Below are positions 25,722 to 60,118 of a stretch of DNA of 64,000 bases, piece by piece. The notes beneath the pieces are model-generated. The model was not told the DNA's origin. It worked only from the letters and a program-made list of their open reading frames with translations, and ran no database searches. This DNA comes from Octopus sinensis (lineage: Eukaryota): assembly GCF_006345805.1 (NCBI RefSeq), contig NC_043007.1, forward strand, positions 16,182,001 through 16,246,000. The letters run 5' to 3'. The position numbers and the translations under genes are program-made. Every line of letters starts with the position of its first letter. Position 1 is the stretch's first letter.

Positions 25722-26789
25722 ATATCTTTTTATGTTTTCTTGAAGGATCAGATCTGGTGAACCTGAGACTGAGGAATTCATTAAAAATTTCAAAAGTTTC
25801 TTCAAAAATGTCAGTGCAGTTGTACCAGAAAATTTCTTTCCGTTTCTTAGATTCCTGCCATTGAATTCTCCTGTAAGTAGAAAAACATGACACTGAGATC
25901 TGAATAATCAACTTTGCAGCCCATGGATATGAAATTTTCCATATCTAGAATTCTAGCAGATTCAGAAGACAATCCAAATATATTCGGTGCCAGACTATGG
26001 TGCTTATTTAACCCATTGAACGTAGAAAACGGGTATATCTGCTCAGAATTTTATTTCCGTTAACTACGGGAAGTGGTTTAACTCCACATTTATGAAAACA
26101 CTTCCCTTTACGATGCACGGAATTGAAAAACAGAATTTTTAGATTTTCTTAATTGTTTTAGGTATTTCATCAAATATCTCTATAGAGCATAAATAAAATA
26201 CTATTAGTGGTGGATATTAAAACTGTTCCAACAGGAGATACTGAAAAAGTATTACACAAGAAGAAAACAGCAATTCTTAGGCAAGGAAAGTATTCAATTC
26301 TTTCCTATCTATGCGTGTTCGTTTTAAATATTTTTTTCAGTTTTATCGACCTAAGGTTTTATTTTTACTCACTGCATGATATGGTTCTTTTCGGTTTGAA
26401 CGGCAGTTTTTCTAGCGGTGTCATATGAAATTGTCACCCATAATTATGACCCTAGTATCGATCTATTGCATTTCAATCTGTTTTAGGGTTAGGGTTAGTT
26501 AGGGTTAGGGGTGGGGGGAAGGGTATCTTTTTTCTTCAGAAATGTAAATGAACCCAATCTGTTTCTTAAACGAAAGGCATATTCACACGGCACAGAATGT
26601 TTTCACCTCAATAGACGTCATTGATTGGCTGAAATTGCAGAAATTGAAGAAAAAAAACAACAAATATCTTACAAACTATAGAATTTTCTCAATAAAGCCA
26701 AGAGAAAAAGATGTTTTATACAATTTTCGTCCAACGTTCTATCTAATAATGAGAGTCAGTGATTAGTCAGTGTTACCTTCAGACAGATC

Positions 26790-27860
26790 GTACTATCAGG
26801 TCAAATTTAGCTCGTTCCTACGTTGCATGTGATATTGAGAAAGTAAGATAATAAACCGACAGCTGATAGTCGTCAGTGATGTTGAACTTAATATGGGACG
26901 TACTATCCGTCATTACCCGAGAATGAGGCTTATACCATTTGACTAGTTTAGAGGCTAAAAACTCCCTACACCCGTTTCCAACCTCATCCACATTGTTGAA
27001 CCACCATCTATGCAAGAAATGAGTCATGACTCGGAAAAGGGGTAATCTGAAGGTGCAAGGTCTGGACTGTAGATAGGGTGATGCAGCATTTCCAACCCCT
27101 CAACTTTCTCAAGTTTGCGCTTGTCATATTGGTAGGATGCGCAGGGGCATTGTCATACTGCAGGAATGCACGTCTTCGATTGACCAATATCGAATTGCAG
27201 GCTCTCAAAGTATTATATACTCGCTGAAGTTGTTATGCATAAAGGTTAATGTTTACAGTATGACCATCTGGGACACGCTCGAAGTGCAACAACACCTCCA
27301 ACTTCCCACAGACACACAACATGACCTTTTGTTCAAACGACCCTTGTTTGACAACAGGTTTTGAAGTCTGGACAGAACCAAGTCACTTATTTTCCTTATT
27401 GGTATTATGGAAACATCCATTTTCTTCCCCAGTTACAATTCGGAAACAAAAACGGGCATCACGAGGATTTTCCGGCCGCTGAGCCCTGGTCGTTGGCTAG
27501 TTTATGAGTATTTTGTTGACAATGTTTGTTCCCAAAGCCGAGCTTACGGAAACAACGATTGATTATGTTTTGAAGGACCAAGTTCTGCCGACAATGTACG
27601 AATACTTGTGCTAGGCCATTGTTCAAACTTTTCAAGCAAGGCCTCATCTTTCGCAACAGAATGTCTCCCTGACCTTGGTTTGTCTTCGAGGCTGATGACA
27701 GTTACCTTGACACATCTGAACCACTTTTGTGCCATTTCCTGGGATTTCCACATCATTGAGTTCTTTTGACACTAAATTTGGCTATTTGTACAAATAATGT
27801 ACAAATAACCAAAAACCATCAGTGAAAATGCGGAAAAAAAGGTTTTGACTCAACTTGGTA
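26790..27860 (-). mobile_element. Degenerate mariner transposase
   Basis: Minus strand KWF...SLEDKPRSGR (HTH), LQYDNAPAH, SPDLAPSDY. Confidence 0.85.
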
Positions 27861-28239
27861 TCGGGGTAATCTACTTAATCCGTTTGTCTGTCCTTGTTTG
27901 TCCCCTCTGTGTTTAGCCCCTTCTGGGTAGTAAAGAAATAGATTGTTGGCTATTTGTACAAATGATGTACAAATAACCAAAAATCATCAATTAAAATGCG
28001 AAAAAATAACTTTTGGCTCAACCTGGTAAATGATACGTACCTGTATTTACTGCCATTCACTCTCATTTTTCTAATTTAACATGTCGAACCTGTAAAGTAT
28101 TTTAAACATTCGAGCGACTTTAATCACATAGACGTCCATAAAAGTTGACCATTGTATAATACTGTTCCAATAGAACATGTACACAGTTACCAAATAAGAA
28201 GTGATTCATTCAAAGCGGTTAATACGGACGCATTGAAAA

Positions 28240-29410
28240 TACGAGGATCAAAGTATATTCTATCACGATACGTGGTTAGATACTAGATCTACCAAATCTA
28301 CTAATCTACTAGTGTTGTTGTATAGCTCCGGCAATAATAATCTTGTTTTATTTTTGTCTAGTTCCAAGACGAGAAATATGGAGATAATATTGTGTTGAGT
28401 CAAAAGTTTTGCAATATTTTGCCATCGTGTTGCACCGTCTGGAGTCACCTTTCTGCCATTTCTTTGATCCCAGGTTGATAGTAGTTCTTGTCCGCCAAGG
28501 CAAAGAACTCCTTCACAGAAACTTCCATCGCGAGCGCAGGAAGTGATCCATAGATCGGAACAAGTAATAACCCAAGGGAGATATTTTCCCACCATCCTAA
28601 CGTGCACAGGCAGTAGTAAAGCAAGGGCTAGTTTCTGGAAACTGTCGCCAAGTGTTTTGTGTAATTATGAGGGAATAATTCACTGCGTGTTCGTTCCACA
28701 CTATCGAACCATCGATGCCAACCTGTACTCCGAACAATTTGAACAGGTGTATGCCATTGTACCGCAAAAATACCTGGCATTGGTTAACAGAAAGCGATTT
28801 TATCTGCCGTAAAACAACGCAAGAGTTCATACCTATTTCTTTACTACCCACAAGGGACTAAACACAGAGGGGACAAACAAGGACAGACAAGCGAATTAAA
28901 TCAATTACATCGACCCCAGTGCGTAGCTGGTACTTAATTTATCGACCACGAAAGGATGAAAGGCAAAGTCGACCTCGGCGGAATTTGAACTCAGAACGTA
29001 ACGGCAGACGAAATACAGCTACGCATTTCGCCCGGCGTGCTAACGTTTCTGCCAGCAAGAGCCCATACCGCTCGAACGACCGAGAATAAACTCCAGGAAT
29101 TTGAGGGAATCGAACTGGTGCCACGCCCAGTGTATAGTCTGGACTCAGCTCCCTCGGATTATTATTGGTCTGATACATGGTCCTACTTCCTGCGCTTGCG
29201 ATGCTTCATCAACAGAGAGGAGGTGGAAGCCCCAGTGAAGTTCTTCACCTCGAAGGACAAGAACTGGTATCAGCGTGCGATCGAAGAACTGACAGAAAAG
29301 TGGCTTCAGACGCTGCAACACAATGGATTCTACTTCGAAAATTAGGCAGCTTTTGTTGTAAATCGACGAATAAAACAAATAAGTTACAAAATATTGTTTT
29401 GGATTCAATA
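28240..29410 (+). mobile_element. Degenerate mariner transposase interrupted by a SINE; ends about 260 bp upstream of the copy 3 ATG
   Basis: NYEGIIHC.F...TIDANLYSEQ...NNARVH [SINE] HTARTT..KLQEF...P.YSLDSAPSDY...AIEELTEKW. Confidence 0.85.
28834..29054 (-). mobile_element. SINE family B inserted in the mariner, 15-bp TSD
   Basis: gcaagagttcatacc (28819-28833) and gcaagagcccatacc (29055-29069). Confidence 0.88.
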
Positions 29411-29516
29411 CAATCTTTTTATAGCGATGTAACTAAATACATATAATGTGCTGTTATCAGTAATGCAAACGTAAGCGTTAGTTAACTTAAGGTTATTATC
29501 GGGTTGGGTACAGCTA

Positions 29517-29567
29517 TTACATAATATATGCATTACTAAAGATAACCTATTTAATAGACGTATAAAA
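29517..29567 (+). promoter_or_regulatory. Putative core promoter of copy 3: D-box/CEBP-like site, GATA site, TATA box
   Basis: TTACATAA at 29517-29524, AGATAA at 29540-29545, TATAAAA at 29561-29567; 108 nt from TATA to ATG. Confidence 0.5.
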
Positions 29568-29668
29568 TTACATTCTGGAGTTTAACGGCATTTGTTTAAG
29601 AAACCTTGGTTGAGAAAAACATAATCAGTTGTACTTAAGACAACATTATTGCAACAATAACCGCTACT

Positions 29669-52544
<22,876 letters not shown>

Positions 52545-53269
52545 TATAATTTGGATAGCGAGAAGATATCTTTTGGAAAGTAGGGGAAAATTTTCTTCGT
52601 AGAATACTGGCAGATCCGCGATAGTAAATTATAGTATTTCTCTATGCTTTCACTCATAGTAGTTCTCCAACAATATTATTAGATAGACACACATGGTAAT
52701 ATATGTATGCTGGTATATCAAAAGGAATATCTGCGGATATGTACCATGATATATAGAGAACAGAAATAGACAAACTTTCGAGAAATATGGTGGTCATAAT
52801 GTCTTCCTTTCCCTTCGTAATTTCCTTGAGTTACACTTTTCTTTATGTTGCTAATTCCTGTATACTCCTTCGTATAATTTACGCAAATAAAACTATAAGA
52901 TAAATTATCATTTCGTTTTTGTATTGGCTTTGCAAGATTCTTTTTGTGATTTCGTGTGTTGATAGAAATTTTGTTGTGTCCAGGGAGAGACATTATGCAA
53001 GGAGTAATAACACACATACTGGCTCGATTCCGGTCCTTTTTTATTAGTCAATTGGTTAGAAATCCAACTAACTAATAGATTGTTGTTTAACTTGGTTAAA
53101 CAGTCAATCGTCTGTTTTGCTTTTGTTTGTTTGTTTGTTTGTTTTTTTGTCAAAGATCTTTCGTTGCTATTTGCAAAATGTTCGATGAATATTTTTAGTC
53201 TTTTATGGAAGCTGCGTTTGTCTGAGACATTGTTGCGCGCCAATGTGCGCGTGAGCTTGAGTGCTTGTG

Positions 53270-53510
53270 TATGCATGTAAGTACGTATGTATGTATGTAT
53301 GTATGTATGCATGCATGTATGTATGTATGTATGTACGTATATATGTATATATGTATGTATGTATGTATGCATGCATGCATATATGTATGTATGTATGCAT
53401 GTATGTATTTATGCATGTATGTATGTATGGATGGATGCATGCATGTACGATATACGTTTGTATATATGTATGTATGTGTGCATGAATGCATGCACGTATG
53501 TATGTATGTA
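53270..53510. repeat. (TATG)n microsatellite; similar tracts at 50620-50730 and 63755-63965
   Basis: Read directly from the sequence. Confidence 0.92.
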
Positions 53511-53699
53511 TACCATTATTCAGTTTAATTTCAAGATTTTTTTACCAATAGAGAAAGAGCCGGCTTCTAACCCACATCCAAAGTTCCTTCATTGGAATTT
53601 CAACATCAACAACAGGGTACTTTTTTTGTATGTATGTATGTATGTATGTATGTATGTATGTATGTATGTATGTATGTATACACACACATACATATACCT

Positions 53700-53905
53700 A
53701 TGTCTTTACTACCCACAAGGGACTAAACACAGATGGGACAAACAAGGAATCACAAACGGATTAAGTCGATTACATCGACACCAGTGCATAACTGGTACTT
53801 ATTTAATCGACCCCGAAAGGATGAAAGGCAAAGTCGACCTCGTCGGAATTTGAACTCAGAACGTAACGGCAGACGAAATACGGTTACGCATTTCGCGCGG
53901 CGTGC
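53700..53905 (-). mobile_element. SINE family B, reverse orientation
   Basis: Reverse complement of the family B consensus. Confidence 0.85.
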
Positions 53906-53924
53906 ATACACACACATACTTTTT

Positions 53925-54345
53925 ACAAAGATTTTTCGAAAATTTTCGTCAAAATTTTAACAAAAATGTTTCGTCAAAATGTTTTGAAAATTTTTCAAAA
54001 ATTTTCGTCAATATTTTTTCAAAAATTTTATAAAAAATTTTCGTCAAAATTTTGACCAGAAATTTTCAAAATATTTATGAAAAAATTTTGACGAAAATTT
54101 TCGAATTTAAAAAAAAATTTTTTGAAATCTTTCGTCAAAATCTTTTCAAAAATTGTTTCGAAAATTTTGGTCAAAATATTTTTTAATTTTTTGAAAATTT
54201 TTTTTTGATAGTTTTGGTCAAAATTTTTTCAAGAATATTTCTAAATTTGGGTTTTAATTTTTCTTAAATTTTTTTTGAAAATTCTTCTAGAAAATTTTCG
54301 TTAAAATTTTTCAAAAATGTTTTCAAAATTTGTGGTCAAAATTTT
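53925..54345. repeat. Degenerate A/T-tract minisatellite (ttttcgtcaaaa-like units)
   Basis: About 420 bp of alternating T4-6 and A4-5 tracts with cg/cgtc/ggtc cores. Confidence 0.8.
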
Positions 54346-54709
54346 TTCAGAAGGCGCCACGCGTATTTCAATAACCTTGGTTGTTATTTCATGAAAATCG
54401 ATTTCTGACGTCTGACGTTGATCAGGACGTGTGTGTCTATGAAGAGAAGTTTGTTCGACTTACAAAGGAAAGATATTTACACCTAAACTAAAGTCAATGA
54501 CGGCTTATCAGCTTTGATACAGCATTGACTACTGCTCTAAAACATTTTCAGGCTCATAGTCCTTATGTACGATGAATAAACATTAATAGTGAAATGTAAA
54601 AGCTGTGATATTTAAATTTGTTCAATGAACCTATGTTTACATTTTAATTATAAATGTATTGTGTGAGTGTGTGCGTACGTATGTGTCTGAATGTATGTGT
54701 GTGTGTGTT

Positions 54710-54742
<33 letters not shown>

Positions 54743-54822
54743 GTAAATATATTCAAATTTTATCACATGTTAGCACATGTGTATGTATATCGTTTTATTT
54801 GTAACATCTGCTTTATTTGTAG

Positions 54823-55001
54823 GTCCAAGAATGTGTGCAGGAGTGACACTGGTTAATACGGAAGCTTTCATCACTTTTACAAAAATCTTACAGATATTTC
54901 AGTTGGAAAAACCTATAAAAGCACCAATGAAATTAGAAGGCAAGCAACCAGGCATCACTTATGTTCCAGTGAATGATGATATCCGTGTAACAGGATTGTG
55001 A
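54823..55001 (+). CDS. Duplicated CYP terminal exon 8b (open frame; alternative last exon or remnant of another paralog)
   Basis: Acceptor ctgctttatttgtag identical to that of 8a; same phase and length (179 nt); GPRMCAGVTLVNTEAFITFTKILQIFQLEKPIKAPMKLEGKQPGITYVPVNDDIRVTGL*; ATTAAA at 55181-55186. Confidence 0.85.
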
Positions 55002-55187
55002 TATACATCAGTCATATATATGTGTTTTAGCGTACCTATTTAAGGTATACTAGATATAACTGAAAATACATCTCTTTGAAAGCAGAGGTCCTATTTCTTC
55101 GCAGAATACTGACAGTTCAACGATCGTGAATTATTGTATTTGTCTATGTTTCCTTTCTTTAGTATTCCTCCATAGAGTTTATTAAAT

Positions 55188-55287
55188 NNNNNNNNNNNNN
55201 NNNNNNNNNNNNNNNNNNNNNNNNNNNNNNNNNNNNNNNNNNNNNNNNNNNNNNNNNNNNNNNNNNNNNNNNNNNNNNNNNNNNNNN
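55188..55287. other. Scaffold gap (100 N)
   Basis: Exactly 100 N; true length unknown. Confidence 0.99.
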
Positions 55288-55409
55288 AGAGTACAACAGG
55301 GGTCGCCACCATCCCCTGCCGGAGCCTCGCGAATCTTTAGGTGTTTTCGCCCAAAAAACTCACAACACCCGGTCTGGGAATTGAAACCGCAATCCTCCGA
55401 CCGCGATGT

Positions 55410-55990
55410 TAACCTCGTATACAGCTCTAAATGCAACCTTTACACACCCATCACTTTGTCTTCACACGATGCATCACCAAACTACTACGTAATCAAATTA
55501 CAACACTTGGTCTTTTCATTGCATAAAATCTCCTCAGAAACCCCTGGTAACCAGTTAGTTAGCAAACTGAACGACGCTCTGCCAACCTTAAGCCGATTTC
55601 TCTTCACAGCAAATTTGGCTCAACCTTGAATCTTATTAACCATCTTACAAACAATAACTCTGAGCACCTTTTCAAACTCCACCTATTTCACACCCGTGGA
55701 CATGTTTACAAAGACAGAAAACAGCACAGCTCCCATGACTTTCGGAGACATTTTTTCGCGCAAAGACTTGCTGAAGTATGGAACAAACTGCTGACATCAG
55801 TTGTTAGTTGTCGGAGCACTGCATCCTTCAAAACTTCCATGCTTCCTGAGATTCGCCAACACTACACCTGACTTTCTCCCCTCCATACACACGCAAGCAT
55901 GTATCTGACTCATACACTGTTCACTTTCCAGACATTTGTGCATTACTGCATATGCTTTATACGCACTTTTGACAAGTTGCGGTGCATCTT
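55410..55990 (+). mobile_element. CR1/L2-type LINE 3' fragment
   Basis: HTRGHVYK.RKQH...FRRHFFAQRLAEVWNKL...SFK. Confidence 0.75.
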
Positions 55991-56024
55991 TGCACTGTAT
56001 ACACTAATTTCATTATTATTATTA

Positions 56025-56297
56025 TTGCAGCGTGGAAGCCATTCCATTTAAGAATCACACAAAAGCCGTTAGATTCACTTCAACATTTAAATTTAATTTG
56101 TCAAAATATTTTCGTCGCTTTGAGACCGCGACCTGTTCACTGACAAAACTTCGTGCTGCATCTTGGAATTTTGTCAGTGAACAGGTCGCGGACTCAAAGC
56201 GACGAAAATTTTTGACAAATTAAATTTAAATGTTGAAGTGAATCTAACGGTTTTTGTGTGTTTCTTAAATTGCTTATAAACACCTTCCACGCTGCAA
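56025..56297. repeat. Fold-back inverted repeat with arms of about 125 bp and a 20-nt loop
   Basis: 56025-56148 versus 56169-56297. Confidence 0.88.
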
Positions 56298-56507
56298 TTG
56301 TTTTCGTTCCAGCACACGATCAGGTCACTTTCTATGCAAGTACATCTCCCTATTGTTATTTGATCTATTTGAAATATTTATGTAGATGACCCTCCTCCAT
56401 AATATGTACGTTTCATGTAGCTCATACGACAAAACTCCATTGCATGCAAAAGCCACCAGATAATCAATCTGCATCATTACAGCAGCTGTACGGAAAAATA
56501 CCAGTTA

Positions 56508-56680
56508 GGCGCAGGAGTGGCTGTGTGGTAAATAGCTTGCTTACCAACCACATGGCTCCGGGTTCAGTCCCACTGCGTGGCATCTTGGGCAAGTGTCTTC
56601 TGCTATAGCCCCGGGCCTACCAATACCTTGTGAGTGGATTTGGTAGATGGAAACTGAAAGAAGCCTGTCGTATATATGTA

Positions 56681-56716
<36 letters not shown>

Positions 56717-56717
56717 C

Positions 56718-56764
<47 letters not shown>

Positions 56765-57612
56765 TGTGTCTGTGTTTGTCCCCCTAGCATTGCTTGACAA
56801 CCGATGCTGGTGCGTTTACGTCCCCGTCACTTAGCGGTTTTGCAAAAGAGACCGATAGAATAAGTACTGGGCTTGCAAATAAGAATAAGTCCTGGGGTCT
56901 ATTTGCTCGACTAAAGGCGGTGCTCCAGCATGGCCGAAGTCAAATGACTGAAACAAGTATAAACACCGCATGGATGAAGGTGGATATTCAGTATCACTGA
57001 CTTTTAGGATTTTTCTCGCCACATAAAACCACTTAGCATTTGGGTAACGTCTGCTTTCGATGGAGTCGTTGCTGGTATACATACACGCATACACAAAATA
57101 GCCAACTCACAAAAATTTTGTCCAATCCCACTTCACCACAGTTTCCACACAAGAATGACTTTGAAGTCTTGGTTTACTCCCTTTCGTCAGATTTCGCAAC
57201 TCCGCAGGTCACTCTCTTGTACTCGTTTACTTTGTTTCAGTCATTTAACTGCGGCCATGCTGGAGCACCGCCTTAAGTCGAGCAAATCGACCCCGGAACT
57301 TATTCTTTGTAGCCCAGTACTTATTCTATCGGTCTCTTTTGTCGAACCACTAAGTTACGGGGACGTAAACACACCAGCATCGGTTGTCAAGCAATGCTAG
57401 GGAGGGACCAACACAGACACACAAGCAAGCCACACACATATATATACATTATACGACAGGCTCTTTCAGTTTCCGTCTACCAAATCCATCACAAGGCTTT
57501 GGTCGGCCCGGGGCTATAGCAGAAGACACTTGCCAAGATGCCACGCAGTGGGACTGAACCCGGAACCATGTGGCTGGTTAGCAAGCTACTTACCACACAG
57601 CCGCTTCCTGCG
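56508..57612. mobile_element. Convergent pair of family A SINEs (+ 56508-56960, - 57225-57612)
   Basis: Two consensus copies in opposite orientation about 260 bp apart. Confidence 0.85.
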
Positions 57613-57973
57613 CACTGTCGACATTTTCCTTGTAAGACATAACAAATATGAACTTTTCTAAAAAAAAAAAAAAAAAAAGAGTATCGAGTTATCCTTCAGT
57701 TTAATATTGAAATGGTTTTATAAATAACTTAACAGAAAGACAAACATATATTTACCTATCTATGAGTGTGTGTGTGTGTGGTGTGTGTGTGTATTTGTAG
57801 TGTGTGTGCACGCGTAACCAGAGCGGTTCGGCAGAAGGAACCGGTGGAATAAGTACCAAGTTTAAAACTATGTACTGGGGTCAATTTGTTCGACTATAAA
57901 CCCTTCAAGCTGCATCCAGCATGGCTGCAGTCCAATGATTAAAACAGTAAAGATACAAACAAACATGTATATA

Positions 57974-58006
<33 letters not shown>

Positions 58007-58219
58007 CAATCGCCATGATAGGTCATTAGCCACTACACACTTTTTTTTCTCTCCTTGTTTTTTCTGTGTCCCTTTCTGTGAAGAGCGTAGGCTCGAAACG
58101 TAAAATACTTTTTCTATCCCTGAGCGTTATACTAATACATCTGTTTGTTTTTACACCACCTGTCTTCGTCTTTTTTTTTTTCGTAAACTCTCCCTATATA
58201 TATATATATTATATATAAC

Positions 58220-58266
<47 letters not shown>

Positions 58267-59474
58267 TGGTGTCTGTGTTTGTCCCCCTAGCATTGCTTGA
58301 CAACCGATGCTGGTGCGTTTACGTCCCCGTCACTTAGCGGTTTTGCAAAAGAGACCGATAGAATAAGTACTGGGCTTGCAAATAAGAATAAGTCCTGGGG
58401 TCTATTTGCTCGACTAAAGGCGGTGCTCCAGCATGGCCGAAGTCAAATGACTGAAACAAGTATAAACACCGCATGGATGAAGGTGGATATTCAGTATCAC
58501 TGACTTGTAGGATTTTTCTCGCCACATAAAACCACTTAGCATTTGGGTAACGTCTGCTTTCGATGGAGTCGTTGCTGAGTATACATACACGCATACACAA
58601 AATAGCCAACTCACAAAAATTTTGTCAATCGCCAGCTTCACCACAGTTTCCACACAAGAATGACTTTGAAGTCTTGGTTTACTCCCTTTCGTCAGATTTC
58701 GCAACTCCGCAGTCACTCTCGTTACTCGTTTACTTGTTTCAGTCATTTAACTGCGGCCATGCTGGAGCACCGCCTTAAGTCGAGCAAATCGACCCCGGGA
58801 CTTATTCTTTGTAAGCCCAGTACTTATTCTATCGGTCTCTTTTGTCGAACCACTAAGTTACGGGGACGTAAACACACCAGCATCGGTTGTCAAGCAATGC
58901 TAGGGGGACAAACACAGACACACAAGCAAGCACACACATACATATATATACATATATACGACAGGCTTCTTTCAGTTTCCGTCTACCAAATCCACTCACA
59001 AGGCTTTGGTCGGCCCGGGGCTATAGCAGAAGACACTTGCCCAAGATGCCACGCAGTGGGACTGAACCCGGAACCATGTGGCTGGTTAGCAAGCTACTTA
59101 CCACACAGCCGCTCCTGCGCACTGTCGACATTTTCCTTGTAAGACATAACAAATATGAACTTTTCTACAAAAAAAAAAAAAAAAAGAGTATCGAGTTATC
59201 CTTCAGTTTAATATTGAAATGGTTTTATAAATAACTTAACAGAAAGACAAACATATATTTACCTATCTATGAGTGTGTGTGTGTGTGTGTGTGTGTGTAT
59301 TTGTAGTGTGTGTGCACGCGTAACCCTAGCGGTTCGGCAGAAGGAACCGGTGGAATAAGTACCAAGTTTAAAACTATGTACTGGGGTCAATTTGTTCGAC
59401 TATAAACCCTTCAAGGCTGCACTCCAGCATGGCTGCAGTCCAATGATTAAAACAAGTAAAAGATACAAACAAAC

Positions 59475-59520
<46 letters not shown>

Positions 59521-59710
59521 ATCGCCATGATAGGTCATTAGCCACTACACACTTTTTTTTTCTCTCCTTGTTTTTTCTGTGTCCCTTTCTGTAGAAGAGC
59601 GTAGGCTCGAAACGTAAAATACTTTTTCTATCCCTGAGCGTTATACTAATACATCTGTTTGTTTTGTACACCACCTGTCTTCGTCTTTTGTTTTCGTAAA
59701 CTCTCCCTAT
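56700..59710. repeat. Near-identical tandem duplication, unit about 1.5 kb
   Basis: Identical ORFs at 56794-57000 and 58297-58503 (offset 1503); copies differ mainly by 1-nt indels. Confidence 0.88.
59586..59619 (+). ncRNA. Candidate variant minimal hammerhead (A6U core); 1-nt shorter copy at 58073-58105
   Basis: UUU-CUGUAGA-A-GAGC-GUAG-GCUC-GAAA-CG-UA-AAA; perfect stem II and ACGU palindrome at stem III. Confidence 0.4.
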
Positions 59711-59724
59711 ATATATATATATAT

Positions 59725-59779
<55 letters not shown>

Positions 59780-60118
59780 TACACACACACAACGATTAAA
59801 TGGTAAATGAGGCAATCGGTTAATTTAATCATTTCATTCTTTCCTGTCGCTCATTACCTCCGTTATGTGTATTACATAATTAATTACGTTAGAGCCGTTC
59901 TAAGTTCCACATCTTCAGAAGACAAAATAATAAAACTAATGCTATCAGAGTATTTTATGATATTTATAGTAGTAATAAAGAGAAGCAGAGAGGAGTAGAA
60001 AGGAGATGCAGTTACACAAGGTGTATTGCAGTGAGTTAAGTATATACAGCGTATTATGGAAAGCTATTAACCACGGAAACAGATTCGTACGAGATAACAT
60101 AAGAGATGAGTAAATGTA

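Larger units (their letters stand above)
22140..25872 (+). pseudogene. CYP2-like copy 2, partial (exons 2 and 3 only)
   Basis: Exon 2 homolog 22140-22366 (227 nt, extra T in the run at 22272-22277, stop at 22290s; WxxxR changed to WKYTK). Exon 3 homolog 25746-25872 is open (RIRSGEPETEEFIKNFKSFFKNVSAVVPENFFPFLRFLPLNSP). Flanking intron sequence is homologous to copies 1 and 3. No exon 1 or exons 4-8 found nearby. Confidence 0.85.
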
